Shown in pieces: positions 41,729-52,226 of a stretch of DNA of 64,000 nt. The position numbers and the translations under genes were made by a program. Position 1 is the stretch's first letter, and each line of letters opens with the position of its first letter. The DNA is taken from positions 192,001 through 256,000 of the forward strand of contig CAXXIN010000007.1 in NCBI GenBank assembly GCA_963665275.2, given 5' to 3'. The stretch comes from Negativicutes bacterium. GTDB taxonomy: Bacteria > Bacillota > Negativicutes > UBA1444. Under the pieces are notes generated by a model. The model was not told the DNA's origin. It searched no databases and saw nothing but the letters and a program-made list of their open reading frames with translations.

Positions 41729-42344
41729 CGAATTCCACTGCCTCCACCAATCTTGCCAGCAGTTCCGTCCGTCCCGAAGGAGTAAGCGCGGAGTACCCCA
41801 GCATCCCGGATTCCGGCGGCAGTCCCAACTTGGCATGCAGCGTTCGCAGAGCGGCTCCGGCCGCTCCCCTGCTCAACTTATCCATTTTGGTAGCGACCGG
41901 TTGAACTTCCAGGCCTTCCTCACGGAGCCATTCGTTGACCTCGACATCAAGAGGCTGCAATTCACGGCGAATGTCCAGCAGCTGCACGACCAGACGCAAT
42001 CGGCTGGACTCGCGAAAATAATGCTGGGTCCATTCATGCAAATCCTGCCGTTCAGACTTACTGCGCTTCGCATAGCCATAGCCTGGCAGATCAACGAGGA
42101 AAAGCGAACGTCGAAGGCCGTCATCGCGTTTCAAAGACACCCGGTAAAAATTGATCGTCCGGGTTTTTCCCGGCGCGCCGCTCGTACGGGCTAGTCCGTT
42201 ATAACGGCAGAGAGAGTTGATCAACGTGGATTTCCCGACATTGGATCGACCGATAAAAGCCACTTCCGGCTCATCCCCGGGTGGAAACTGTGACGCCTTT
42301 ACCGCCGAAGTCACATACTCCGCCTTAATAATTTCCCAGATCAT
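41709..42344 (-). CDS. yihA: Ribosome biogenesis GTPase YihA/YsxC
   Basis: [22 protein letters not shown]. Confidence 0.93.
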   Translation of the reverse strand: MIWEIIKAEYVTSAVKASQFPPGDEPEVAFIGRSNVGKSTLINSLCRYNGLARTSGAPGKTRTINFYRVSLKRDDGLRRSLFLVDLPGYGYAKRSKSERQDLHEWTQHYFRESSRLRLVVQLLDIRRELQPLDVEVNEWLREEGLEVQPVATKMDKLSRGAAGAALRTLHAKLGLPPESGMLGYSALTPSGRTELLARLVEAVEFDATDAV

Positions 42345-44686
42345 TCAGAACCTCTTTCGTTCTTGATCAAGGCTTGTTTCAATACTTCATCCAGATGTTC
42401 CACCCAGATGAAGTCCAGATTTTGGCGAACATTTTCCGGTATTTCGATATAGTCCCGTTTATTTTCCTTCGGCAGCAGCAGAGTTTTGATACCGGCCCGA
42501 TGAGCGGCCAGCACTTTTTCCTTAATGCCGCCTACCGGCAGAACCCTTCCGCGCAGGGTAATCTCGCCGGTCATGGCCAGATCGTTACGCACCTTGAGCC
42601 CGGTCAGCGCCGAAATCATCGCCGTAGCCATCGCAATGCCCGCAGACGGTCCATCCTTGGGTATTGCTCCTTCCGGCAGATGCACGTGAATGTCCATTTT
42701 CTCGTAAAAATCATCCGGAATCCCCAATTCCGAAGCCTTGGAGCGGATATAGCTGAATCCGGCCTGCGCCGACTCCTTCATCACATCACCCAGTTGCCCC
42801 GTCAAGGTGAGATTCCCTTTGCCCTTCATCGTAGTTACTTCCACAGGCAGCACATCACCGCCCGCTTCCGTCCAGGCCAATCCTGTCGCAACACCGACCT
42901 GGCTGCTGCGTTCCGCTTCATTCCAATGATATTTGGGCGGCCCCAGGAAAAGCTCCACGTTGGCGGGCGTCATCCTGAGCGACTTTCTCTTTTTCTGCAC
43001 GATCTGCCGCGCCACTTTGCGGCACAGGGTCGCCACGTTGCGTTCGAGACTCCGAACGCCTGCCTCGCGGGTATAACTGCGAATAATTTTCTCGACCCCA
43101 TCCTCCGGAAAAGCGATGAGACGGCCTGTCAGTCCATGATCCTTCTGCTGCTTGGGAATCAGGAACTTCTTGGCTATTTGTATTTTTTCTTCCTGCGTAT
43201 AGCCGGAGATCGTGATCATCTCCATACGGTCGAGGAGCGGCCGCGGGATATTATGCATTGCATTGGCTGTCACCACCCAGAGCACATGGGACAGATCAAA
43301 GGGCAATTCGATATAGTGATCGCTGAACGTGTTGTTCTGCTCGGGGTCGAGAACCTCGAGCAGGGCGGCGCCAGGATCGCCTCGGAAGTCCGAGCTCATC
43401 TTGTCGATTTCATCCAACAGGAAAACAGGGTTCTTCGACCCGACGGTCTTCATCCCCTGGATAATGCGTCCAGGCAGCGCCCCCACATAAGTACGCCGAT
43501 GTCCCCGAATCTCCGCTTCATCGCGCACGCCACCGAGAGATACTCGGACAAACTTGCGTTCCATGGAACGGGCGATGGAGCGGGCCAGGGAAGTCTTGCC
43601 AACGCCAGGCGGCCCAACGAGGCACAGAATCGGTCCCTTCATCGTTTTCGTCAGCTTGCGGACAGACAAATATTCCAAAATGCGTTCTTTGACTTTTTCC
43701 AGCCCATAATGGTCTTCTTCCAAATACTGCTCAGCAATGTTGATGTCCAGTCGGTCCGCAGTTTCGTTGCTCCAGGGAAGTCCGAGCAGCCAGTCAAGAT
43801 AGGTGCGGATCACACCGCTTTCCGCCGACATCGGCGACATCTTTTCCAGTCGCTCGATCTCCTTGGCGACTTTCTCGGCAACCTCTTTCGGCAGTTCCTG
43901 GTCCTTCATCTTTTGCCGGTATTCCTCAACCTCGGAGGCTCGCTCGTCTTTCTCCCCCAGCTCCTGCTGGATCGCCTTCATCTGCTCGCGCAAAAAATAT
44001 TCTTTCTGCGTTTTTTCCATCTGTTTGCGCACACGACCGCTGATTTTCTTTTCTATTTCGAGAATTTCCATTTCGCGGTTGATGATTTCCATGAGAAGGT
44101 CCAGGCGCGTACGGATGTCGACGGCCGCCAACAATTCCTGCTTGTCTTCCAGTTTCAGCGGCAAATGGCCTAATACCAGATCACTGAGCCTGTCGGGGTC
44201 ATCTACAGCCACCACCGTGGCGACAGTTTCCGGGGGGATTTTCTTGCTCAGTTTCGCCCATTGCTCGAACTGATGCGCCAACATACGGGCTTGAGCTTCA
44301 AGTTCAGGGGTTTTGCGCACCGCAACATCCTTGAACTCCTCCACCTCGACCTCGAAAAACGGTTCTTCCTTCACATACCGGACGATCCGGGCACGGTGGA
44401 GACCTTCCACCAAAACACGCATGGTGCCGCCAGGCAGCTTCAGCAACTGTTTGACTTCGGCCACCGTCCCCGCCTCATAGATATCTTCCGGCGTCGGTGC
44501 GTCGTTCTGCGCATCCCGCTGCGTGGCAAGCATGATCAGACGATCCTGCATCATGACCTGCTCCAGCGCATTGATCGATTTTTCCCGGCCAACGTCCAGA
44601 TGGATGATCATGTAGGGAAATACCAATACGCCACGCAGAGGCAACATAATCATGGTCTTTGTATTTTCAACTCTATTTTCCGACAT
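42341..44686 (-). CDS. lon: Lon protease
   Basis: [24 protein letters not shown]. Confidence 0.97.
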   Translation of the reverse strand: MSENRVENTKTMIMLPLRGVLVFPYMIIHLDVGREKSINALEQVMMQDRLIMLATQRDAQNDAPTPEDIYEAGTVAEVKQLLKLPGGTMRVLVEGLHRARIVRYVKEEPFFEVEVEEFKDVAVRKTPELEAQARMLAHQFEQWAKLSKKIPPETVATVVAVDDPDRLSDLVLGHLPLKLEDKQELLAAVDIRTRLDLLMEIINREMEILEIEKKISGRVRKQMEKTQKEYFLREQMKAIQQELGEKDERASEVEEYRQKMKDQELPKEVAEKVAKEIERLEKMSPMSAESGVIRTYLDWLLGLPWSNETADRLDINIAEQYLEEDHYGLEKVKERILEYLSVRKLTKTMKGPILCLVGPPGVGKTSLARSIARSMERKFVRVSLGGVRDEAEIRGHRRTYVGALPGRIIQGMKTVGSKNPVFLLDEIDKMSSDFRGDPGAALLEVLDPEQNNTFSDHYIELPFDLSHVLWVVTANAMHNIPRPLLDRMEMITISGYTQEEKIQIAKKFLIPKQQKDHGLTGRLIAFPEDGVEKIIRSYTREAGVRSLERNVATLCRKVARQIVQKKRKSLRMTPANVELFLGPPKYHWNEAERSSQVGVATGLAWTEAGGDVLPVEVTTMKGKGNLTLTGQLGDVMKESAQAGFSYIRSKASELGIPDDFYEKMDIHVHLPEGAIPKDGPSAGIAMATAMISALTGLKVRNDLAMTGEITLRGRVLPVGGIKEKVLAAHRAGIKTLLLPKENKRDYIEIPENVRQNLDFIWVEHLDEVLKQALIKNERGSE

Positions 44687-44783
44687 TGTAAAAGCCTCCT
44701 CTTTCTGGCTGTGAGAATCATTTCATTATTCGCCTGTATTTAACTATGTTCTCACTCAACCCCTTAAATTCCTCTGAAAAAAA

Positions 44784-44813
44784 AATTTCCGGGAGAATAA
44801 TCTCCCGGAAATT
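44784..44813 (-). terminator. Intrinsic terminator after clpX
   Basis: AATTTCCGGGAGA-ATAA-TCTCCCGGAAATT followed by a T run on the minus strand. Confidence 0.78.
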
Positions 44814-44853
44814 ATCTAAATGCAGCTTCAAAATCAAAGCAGCTCCAGAAGGA

Positions 44854-46125
44854 TCAGGCCGATTCTTCCTTCTTCTTGGGTTTGCTCCGTTCCCCGCTCG
44901 TCACTAGAATGGGCTCGTCCTTGTTCACGACGCATTCCTTGGTGACAATGCATTTACTGACATCGGTGCGGGAAGGAACATCGTACATCACGTTGCACAT
45001 GACTTCCTCAATGATCGAACGCAGGCCCCGGGCGCCAGTCTTGCGTTGCAACGCAGCGTGGGCTACTGCCCGCAAGGCGTCCTCCTTGAATTCCAGCTGT
45101 ACGCCATCAAGCTCCAGCAGTTTCTGATACTGCTTCACCAGTGCGTTTTTGGGTTCCATCAGAATCCGGACCAACGCGTCTTCATCCAGGGAGTCGAGAG
45201 TCACCGTAACCGGCAAACGACCGACGAATTCCGGGATCAAGCCGAATTTCAGCAGATCTTCCGGCATCAGATGCCGCAATGTCTCACCGACATTCCGTTC
45301 TTCCTTGCCTTTGACTTCCGCGCCGAATCCCATGGTTTTTGTGCCGATGCGGTTTGCGATGATCTTTTCGATCCCATCAAACGCGCCGCCACAAATGAAC
45401 AGCACATTCGTTGTATCGATCTGGATGAATTCCTGATGCGGGTGCTTGCGTCCACCCTGTGGCGGCACACTGGCAACAGTTCCTTCGAGGATTTTCAGCA
45501 GAGCCTGCTGAACGCCTTCACCGGAAACATCGCGGGTGATCGACGGGTTTTCGGATTTGCGGGCGATCTTATCGATCTCATCGATATACACGATCCCGCG
45601 CTCCGCTTTTTCCACGTCATAATCCGCAGCCTGGATCAGTTTGAGTAAAATGTTTTCAACATCTTCCCCGACATAACCGGCTTCCGTCAGCGAAGTGGCG
45701 TCCGCCATCGCGAACGGCACATTCAAAATGCGCGCCAGGGTCTGGGCCAACAGAGTCTTGCCGCAACCCGTGGGGCCCAGCATGATAATGTTGGATTTTT
45801 GCAGTTCAACGTCGGCTGCCTTATTTCCCATTTCGATACGCTTATAATGATTATATACAGCAACCGAAAGGATTTTTTTCGCCTTGGCCTGCCCAATGAC
45901 ATAATCATCAAGGATTCGGTTGATCTCTTTCGGTTTGGGCAGTTCTTTGCCGCCTACCGTAATCTCTTCGCCCAACTCTTCCTCAATAATTTCATTGCAC
46001 AGGTCGATGCATTCGTCGCAAATATAGACACCGGGACCGGCAACGAGTTTTTTGACCTGCTCCTGCAATTTTCCGCAAAAAGAGCATTTGAGTTGAACTT
46101 TATCTTCGCTGAATTTCAAAGTCAT
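44854..46125 (-). CDS. clpX: Clp protease ATP-binding subunit ClpX
   Basis: CSFCGK zinc finger, [20 protein letters not shown]. Confidence 0.97.
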   Translation of the reverse strand: MTLKFSEDKVQLKCSFCGKLQEQVKKLVAGPGVYICDECIDLCNEIIEEELGEEITVGGKELPKPKEINRILDDYVIGQAKAKKILSVAVYNHYKRIEMGNKAADVELQKSNIIMLGPTGCGKTLLAQTLARILNVPFAMADATSLTEAGYVGEDVENILLKLIQAADYDVEKAERGIVYIDEIDKIARKSENPSITRDVSGEGVQQALLKILEGTVASVPPQGGRKHPHQEFIQIDTTNVLFICGGAFDGIEKIIANRIGTKTMGFGAEVKGKEERNVGETLRHLMPEDLLKFGLIPEFVGRLPVTVTLDSLDEDALVRILMEPKNALVKQYQKLLELDGVQLEFKEDALRAVAHAALQRKTGARGLRSIIEEVMCNVMYDVPSRTDVSKCIVTKECVVNKDEPILVTSGERSKPKKKEESA

Positions 46126-46130
46126 ACCCC

Positions 46131-46745
46131 CTATCGGGCTTGTTCTCCGCCGGTCACCCTGCGGGACATAATTGAGTCGATGATGCCATATTCTTTCGCC
46201 TGCAAACTCGACATGAAATTATCCCGTTCAGTATCCTGCTGGATGCGTTCCATGGTCTGTCCGGTATTGGCAGCCAAAATTTCATTGAGCAATTCACGCA
46301 TCCGCAATATTTCGCGTGCATGAATTTCGATATCGGTAGCTTGCCCTTGGGTTCCACCCAACGGTTGGTGCACCATGATGCGGGAATACGGCAAAGAATA
46401 CCGTTTTCCTTTGGCGCCGGAGGATAGCAACATGGCGCCCATACTGGCGGCTGACCCCAGACAAATCGTCGCCACATCCGGTTTAATATACTGCATGGTG
46501 TCGTAAATCGCCAAGCCTGCAGTCACTGACCCGCCGGGTGAATTGATATACATCTGGACATCCTTGTCCGGGTCCTCGGACTCCAGGAACAACAGTTGCG
46601 CGATAATAAGGTTCGCAACGGTATCATCGATGGGTCCACCCAAAAAGATAATGCGGTCCTTGAGCAGGCGCGACCAGATATCATAGGCGCGCTCGCCCCG
46701 GTTGGACTGTTCCACTACAATCGGCACAAAGTTCAAGGTATTCAC
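46131..46745 (-). CDS. clpP: Clp protease proteolytic subunit
   Basis: [27 protein letters not shown]. Confidence 0.97.
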   Translation of the reverse strand: MNTLNFVPIVVEQSNRGERAYDIWSRLLKDRIIFLGGPIDDTVANLIIAQLLFLESEDPDKDVQMYINSPGGSVTAGLAIYDTMQYIKPDVATICLGSAASMGAMLLSSGAKGKRYSLPYSRIMVHQPLGGTQGQATDIEIHAREILRMRELLNEILAANTGQTMERIQQDTERDNFMSSLQAKEYGIIDSIMSRRVTGGEQAR

Positions 46746-46773
46746 CTCATATCTCTAAATTTTTAATAGTCGT

Positions 46774-48063
46774 TTAGGCTTTTACTGCCGAGTCCGTGAT
46801 GAACTGCGCCGCTTTACGGCGAAGAATGGTTTCTTTGACCGCTTCGGCATGGCGCTTGTCCGCGAGCATTTTCTTCAGCTCGGCATCAGGCATTTTATAA
46901 GCCTTCGCCATCTTGTCCACTTCTTCGGAATACTCTTCATCGGATACAGCCAGTTCTTCCGCTTTGACGATCGCTTCGAGCGTCAGTTCCGTACGAACTT
47001 CTTCCAGGGCGGCCGGGCGATAGCGATCGCGCAGACCAGCCAGATCGGTGTTCATGTAACCCAGATACTTATCGAGAGATAGTCCTCGTTGACTCAAATT
47101 TGCATCCATATCCTGAATCATGTGTTCCACTTGATCATCGACCATGATTTCAGGCACTTCAATCGTAGCATTGGCGACCGCTTGTTTCAATGCCGCTTCG
47201 TGAAAAGCAGACTCATCTTTGTTTTTAGCCGCCTCAGCAAGCTTCGCCAGCGTCTTTTCCTTCATTTCGACCAAAGTGTCGGCATCGCCGGCTTCTTTGG
47301 CGAAGTCATCGTTCAACTCCGGCAGTTCTTTGCGTTTCACATCGTTGATCTTCGTAACGAAAACGGCTTCTTTGCCGGCCAATTCGGGCACAAAGTATTC
47401 CGAAGGGAACGTCACTTTGACTTCCCGTTCCTCACCGGCTTTGGCTCCGAGCAATTGCTCCTCGAATCCCGGAATGAAGCTGCCGGAACCAATTTCCAGC
47501 GGATAACCCTTCGATTGACCGCCGCTGAAAGGTTTACCATCAACCGTGCCGTCAAAATCGATGAGCGCAAAATCTCCCTGGCCCAGCGCCGCATCCTCAG
47601 CCACTACCATTTTGGCGTGCCGTTCACGCAGCGACTCCAGCTGTTTGTCGACTTCTTCCGAGGTGACTTCGGTCACTGGGGCATTCACTGTCAAACCCTT
47701 GTATTCGCCCAAAACCACTTCCGGACGGGTAACAACGCTGACCGTGAAAACGCAGGGTTCGCCGGCGTTCAGTGTAACATCGGTCACTTCCGGGCGACCT
47801 ACCGGATCGATCGTATTTTCTTCGACCGCCCGTCGATAAGCATCGGGAATGACGAAATCAAATGCTTCAGAACGCATCCCATCGGCGCCGACTCGCGCCT
47901 CGATCATTTTGCGTGGGGCTTTTCCTTTGCGGAATCCTGGAATATTTACCTGTTGCGCCAGCTTTTGGTATGCCTTCTCATAAGCCTTGGCAACGTCTTC
48001 CACCGGTAGTTCGATGACCAGTTCGGTGATATTGTGTTCTTTTTTTGATACTGTAACTTTCAC
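46774..48063 (-). CDS. tig: Trigger factor
   Basis: IPGFRKGKAP, FIPGFEEQL; GTG start at 48063 with GGAGG RBS. Confidence 0.96.
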   Translation of the reverse strand: MKVTVSKKEHNITELVIELPVEDVAKAYEKAYQKLAQQVNIPGFRKGKAPRKMIEARVGADGMRSEAFDFVIPDAYRRAVEENTIDPVGRPEVTDVTLNAGEPCVFTVSVVTRPEVVLGEYKGLTVNAPVTEVTSEEVDKQLESLRERHAKMVVAEDAALGQGDFALIDFDGTVDGKPFSGGQSKGYPLEIGSGSFIPGFEEQLLGAKAGEEREVKVTFPSEYFVPELAGKEAVFVTKINDVKRKELPELNDDFAKEAGDADTLVEMKEKTLAKLAEAAKNKDESAFHEAALKQAVANATIEVPEIMVDDQVEHMIQDMDANLSQRGLSLDKYLGYMNTDLAGLRDRYRPAALEEVRTELTLEAIVKAEELAVSDEEYSEEVDKMAKAYKMPDAELKKMLADKRHAEAVKETILRRKAAQFITDSAVKA

Positions 48064-48209
48064 GTATTGTCCTCCTTTGAATCCTGCTGGAAGCTTTTCG
48101 GCAAGGAGCCGAAAACAGCCCTTTGCATTGACTTTTATTGTAACATTCTTGCCTAAAAAAAACAATCGACAAAGAAAAAACCGGCAGAAAACTGCCGGGA
48201 TTCCGTCGA

Positions 48210-48284
48210 TGGAGCGGAAAACGAGATTCGAACTCGCGACCCTCGCCTTGGCAAGGCGATGCTCTACCGCTGAGCTACTTCCGC
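48210..48284 (-). tRNA. tRNA-Gly(GCC)
   Basis: 75-nt cloverleaf GCGGAAG...TTGCCAA...TTCGAAT...TTTCCGCTCCA. Confidence 0.97.
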
Positions 48285-48299
48285 ATAGTAACAGAAATT

Positions 48300-48329
48300 A
48301 TTTTACTCTCTGAATGTTTCGTTTGTCAA
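48300..48329 (-). promoter_or_regulatory. Putative promoter for tRNA-Gly/tig
   Basis: TTGACA-18 nt-TAAAAT. Confidence 0.55.
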
Positions 48330-48336
48330 GACTTCT

Positions 48337-48447
48337 TTATTGGTGCGCCAACAGCCACTGTACCAAAACTGCGAGTCCTACCAGGACCCATACCAGCATT
48401 CAGGGACGGCAATAATTCTTCACGAACTCACCGATGCGAGCAAACAT
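48337..48447 (-). CDS. Candidate 36-aa CxxU membrane selenoprotein (in-frame UGA at 48400-48402)
   Basis: GAGGAG RBS; MFARIGEFVKNYCRP(UGA)MLVWVLVGLAVLVQWLLAHQ-TAA; hairpin GGGTCCT-GGT-AGGACTC starting 10 nt after the UGA. Confidence 0.62.
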
Positions 48448-48672
48448 GGCGTCCAACTCCTCTTTTGATTTGCAAAATTTCATACAGCTTCTTTCAAATT
48501 ATATATGAGGTAGTCAGGGATCACAATAGAGCCTCACGTTAAATTTAAGAGGCTGTTTTATGCTGGCGTTGACTCTTTTCATAATAAATTGGAAGGAATT
48601 AGAGCAAAGTGAGGCGAAGAATATTCTATTATCGAATATCAAAATAAATCAAACAGATGGGAAGGTGGAAAA

Positions 48673-49794
48673 ATGTCCCTGCGCGGAAAAATTCAGTGGC
48701 TATCATTTGTCTTGGTTCTCTTACTAGCAACCACAGTGCCTATGCAATCGACTGCAAATGCCTGCTCTTTCATCCAAGTCGTCGCCCAAGACGGAACCCG
48801 GATTACCGGTCGAACCATGGAGTTCGGCGTTGATATGAAACCGGCATGGGTGGTGACGCCCGCGGGAAAGGAGTTTACCAGCCCTGCGCCGGAAGGATAC
48901 CGGGGACTAGCCTGGAAAACCAAATACGGTTCTGTGGCAGCTCATAACTTTGGTGAGCAAACCATGGCGCTGGACGGAATGAATGAAAAAGGCCTGGTCG
49001 TCAGTGGACTCTGGTATGAAAACGACATGAAGTGGAATGATCCGGCCGATTCCAGCGGCAAGCCGGTTCTATCCCATGCCTTATTGATATCCTGGCTGTT
49101 GGGGAATTTCGAAACGACGGCCGAAGTCGCGAAAGCCGTCAAATCAGTCACCGTTTATGGGCAGCCTATCGCTTCGATGGGAGGAGCAATCCCCCCTCTG
49201 CACTTCGCCGCGCAAGACGCTTCAGGCGGCTCTATCGTCATTGAATGGGATCGTGGCGCCGTCAACGTTTATGATAACCCTCTGGGTATCATGACCAACG
49301 CGCCTAACTTTCCTTATATGATGACGAATCTGCGAAACTATGCCGGCCTCAATGCGGAGCAATGGAGTGCAACTCAATTCAATGGGGTCAAGGTTGTTCC
49401 AACGGGTCATGGAGCCGGCATGTTCGGCTTGCCCGGCGATATCACCCCACCCAGTCGATTCGTTCGGCTTGCCGTTCTGCGGCAATTTGCCGACCCGGCT
49501 CCCGATGCGGCCAATGCGCTGAAACTCGCGCGCCATCTGCTGAACTCCGTCTATATCACGCGGGGAACCATCGTGGACAGGAATGCAACCGGTGCGGTAA
49601 CGGCAGCGGAAAGCACCCAGTGGACGGCCTATTACGACCTGACCAACCGGGCGCTCTACTTTCAAACCTATGACAATTCGACCTTGCGAAAAATCGACCT
49701 GAAAGCGATTGATTTCAAAAGCGCCAATCATCAATCCATCAATTTGTCCTATGAAAACGAAACGATCATTGATGTTACAGGCCAAATCAAGTAA
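48673..49794 (+). CDS. Exported choloylglycine hydrolase/penicillin V acylase family Ntn-hydrolase
   Basis: Signal peptide ending ANA, then catalytic Cys (CS...GRTMEF); DGMNEKGL, MTNAP, LPGDITPPSRFVR, TQW. Confidence 0.9.
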   Translation: MSLRGKIQWLSFVLVLLLATTVPMQSTANACSFIQVVAQDGTRITGRTMEFGVDMKPAWVVTPAGKEFTSPAPEGYRGLAWKTKYGSVAAHNFGEQTMALDGMNEKGLVVSGLWYENDMKWNDPADSSGKPVLSHALLISWLLGNFETTAEVAKAVKSVTVYGQPIASMGGAIPPLHFAAQDASGGSIVIEWDRGAVNVYDNPLGIMTNAPNFPYMMTNLRNYAGLNAEQWSATQFNGVKVVPTGHGAGMFGLPGDITPPSRFVRLAVLRQFADPAPDAANALKLARHLLNSVYITRGTIVDRNATGAVTAAESTQWTAYYDLTNRALYFQTYDNSTLRKIDLKAIDFKSANHQSINLSYENETIIDVTGQIK

Positions 49795-49829
49795 TAGCTC
49801 CTGCGTGTAGAAATGGAAACAGATAAAGA

Positions 49830-49852
49830 AAAGCGGGGCAAAACCCCGCTTT
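49830..49852. terminator. Bidirectional terminator
   Basis: AAAGCGGGG-CAAAA-CCCCGCTTT between the convergent hydrolase and tRNA-Leu. Confidence 0.78.
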
Positions 49853-49971
49853 TGTCATACTATTTTCCATATAATCATTAGGTTAGGTTGTTGGCAAAAT
49901 TGTTAGCAATTGGCGCAAGACATTTATTAGCGACAGGAATTTCCAGCTTCTCAAGTGCTGGTTGTATTGAT

Positions 49972-50055
49972 TGGTGCGGGCGAGAGGACTTGAACCTCCA
50001 CGAGTTGCCCCGCCAGATCCTAAGTCTGGTGCGTCTGCCGTTCCGCCACGCCCGC
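49972..50055 (-). tRNA. tRNA-Leu(TAG)
   Basis: 84-nt cloverleaf with long variable arm, anticodon loop CTTAGGA, encoded CCA. Confidence 0.96.
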
Positions 50056-50225
50056 ACGGTTTCCTGTTGAATTATAGCAGAAATCAGACAAAATGCAAGA
50101 TCTAAAAATCATCGAGGGACCGAGTCGACGCCTTTTCCCGCTAGAAAGCTGATACAATATTAGCATCGATAATACATTGAATCTCCTACTCATATATTGG
50201 AGCATAGCATGAAAGGAAACTTATT

Positions 50226-51164
50226 TTGAAAAAAAGCGCACACCCATTACCTCTGACCGTACTGGTCGCACTTTTCTCCGTCTATGTATTTTGGGGCGGC
50301 ACCTATCTGGCAATGAGATTTGCCATCGAAACCTTGCCGCCCTTTTTCATGGCCGGTACGCGATTTTTGATCGCCGGACTCATCTTGTTCCTTATTGACC
50401 ATTTTCGCGGAACTCCGCTTCCCACTCTGCGTCAATGGAAAACCGCCGGTATCACTGGTGCACTGCTTTTGCTCGGTGGCAATGGGAGCGTTGTTTGGGC
50501 GCAACAATTCGTCCCCTCAGGACTAACTGCCATCATTGTCGCGGCAGTTCCGCTTTGGATGGCTCTGTTTGCCTGGATAGCCCCCGGCGGCAGAAGGCCG
50601 TCGTCGCTCGCTGCCCTGGGGCTTCTATTGGGCTTCGGCGGAATTGTTCTTTTGATCGTCGGTAATTCTAACGCCAAAATATCGACCGATGCGGTACCCT
50701 GGTTCGGTTATGCAACGCTGGCCCTCGGCTCCGTGTCTTGGTCGCTTGGTTCGCTCTATTCTCGCCGCGCCGCCATGCCTGTTTCGCCCTGGACATCGAT
50801 CGCCATGCAAATGATAGCGGGCGGAGCTTTACTCTGGTTTGCCGGACTCGGCGCCGGCGAGTGGGTTGCTCTTGACCTCAGTCACGTTTCCGTACGGTCA
50901 CTCCTTGCGTTCGCCTACCTGATTTTTTTCGGATCCCTTGTCGGATTCAGCGCTTATGTCTGGCTGTTGCAGGCAACTACTCCCGCTCTGGCCTCGACTT
51001 ACGCCTATGTCAACCCGATTATCGCCGTGTTTCTCGGTTGGGCGTTCGCAAATGAAAAATTCACCTTTGTGGACGCGATCGCTTCCGGCCTTATCGTTTG
51101 CTCAGTTGCCATCATCACTTTTGCCAACACCAGGCCGTCCGCGTGCGATGAAAGAAAACAATGA
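50226..51164 (+). CDS. EamA/DMT transporter (YedA-like)
   Basis: WGGTYLAMR, RFLIAG, GSLVGFSAY, YAYVNP. Confidence 0.9.
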   Translation: MKKSAHPLPLTVLVALFSVYVFWGGTYLAMRFAIETLPPFFMAGTRFLIAGLILFLIDHFRGTPLPTLRQWKTAGITGALLLLGGNGSVVWAQQFVPSGLTAIIVAAVPLWMALFAWIAPGGRRPSSLAALGLLLGFGGIVLLIVGNSNAKISTDAVPWFGYATLALGSVSWSLGSLYSRRAAMPVSPWTSIAMQMIAGGALLWFAGLGAGEWVALDLSHVSVRSLLAFAYLIFFGSLVGFSAYVWLLQATTPALASTYAYVNPIIAVFLGWAFANEKFTFVDAIASGLIVCSVAIITFANTRPSACDERKQ

Positions 51165-51181
51165 CCTGCTAATCGATTTTC

Positions 51182-52192
51182 TTATTTGTCGGGCGTTATC
51201 GAGCCATGCGGCACCGCCAGGAAAATCAACGAACAATTGGCATAATCGCCGGATTGCAGCAGCGCAACCAAATCGTAGGCGACTCCTTGTACCACGCCAA
51301 CGCCGGATACGCTGGAAAAATTCGGGTACATCAAGGCTGCAGTATTCAGATAGGCCGGAGTCGCAGTTGAACCTGCCGTAATCGAAGTCGGCGCCCAGGC
51401 GGTTTGCGCACCGGCTGCCTGAATTGTGAGAAACTGCGTCACGTTTAATGTGCTGGTATACGGCGGTTTGCCATCAATTGCCCCAATAGCGGTATTGGTT
51501 GTGCTCCAGCCGTAATTATTGGTTCCATCGCCGAAACTGAGTGCTGCGGCCGGCGAGAAAGACCACTTGAACCCAGAACTATAGGCGGGCGTAGCAAATC
51601 CTTCTGATCCGGTCACCATGAAATTCAGGTCAGCTGTTTTGGAATTCAGTTGGCCATTTGTACTGTTGATGACTATCGGCACTGAAAAATATGCCGTATG
51701 AGCGGCATACGATTGATATGGGGTTTGAGTGCTATTGTTGGCTTTATTAGTCAAGTCAATACTGTTGGGATTGTAATTCTTATTGTTCTTGTCACTGGAT
51801 TGAACCCAGGAGTTGTTCGGGTTGTTCAAGCCGATTTGCACGGAATGAAAAGCAAAGCCGCTGCTGCCGGTCGCTTTCCCTCCGCCACCGCTGCTGTCAT
51901 TAGAACCAGTGATCCCCTTCAGCCAAAACGATTCGACGGCAGTGGGCGTGTTAGGAATTTGCGACCCGGAAAAGCCTTTCATGATGTCGTTCTTTTTTGC
52001 GGGATCGCCGATATAAATCTCCCATGGGGTCATGTTGATAATATTTAGCACATTCAGCATATTCATCGTCGGTTTATTATACTGTACCTGGGTATAAGCC
52101 ATGATGCTGGCGTAGGGAGCATTGGCCGAGACCAGGCTGCTAAAAGCAAACACAAATGCCATCAGGCAATAGGCCACCGTTCTTTTAAGCAT
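51182..52192 (-). CDS. Secreted hypothetical protein (336 aa, S/T/N/G-rich)
   Basis: Signal peptide (MLKRTVAYCLM...VSA), GAGGAG RBS; no recognisable family. Confidence 0.75.
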   Translation of the reverse strand: MLKRTVAYCLMAFVFAFSSLVSANAPYASIMAYTQVQYNKPTMNMLNVLNIINMTPWEIYIGDPAKKNDIMKGFSGSQIPNTPTAVESFWLKGITGSNDSSGGGGKATGSSGFAFHSVQIGLNNPNNSWVQSSDKNNKNYNPNSIDLTNKANNSTQTPYQSYAAHTAYFSVPIVINSTNGQLNSKTADLNFMVTGSEGFATPAYSSGFKWSFSPAAALSFGDGTNNYGWSTTNTAIGAIDGKPPYTSTLNVTQFLTIQAAGAQTAWAPTSITAGSTATPAYLNTAALMYPNFSSVSGVGVVQGVAYDLVALLQSGDYANCSLIFLAVPHGSITPDK

Positions 52193-52226
52193 TGCAAACT
52201 CCTCGCTTTATCGCTTATTTCCGCTA

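Noticed and set aside
48339-48347. ATTGGTGCG matching the tRNA-Leu 3' end (49970-49978) as an att duplication
   Set aside because: Only 9 bp and coincides with the last codons of the small ORF; could be chance
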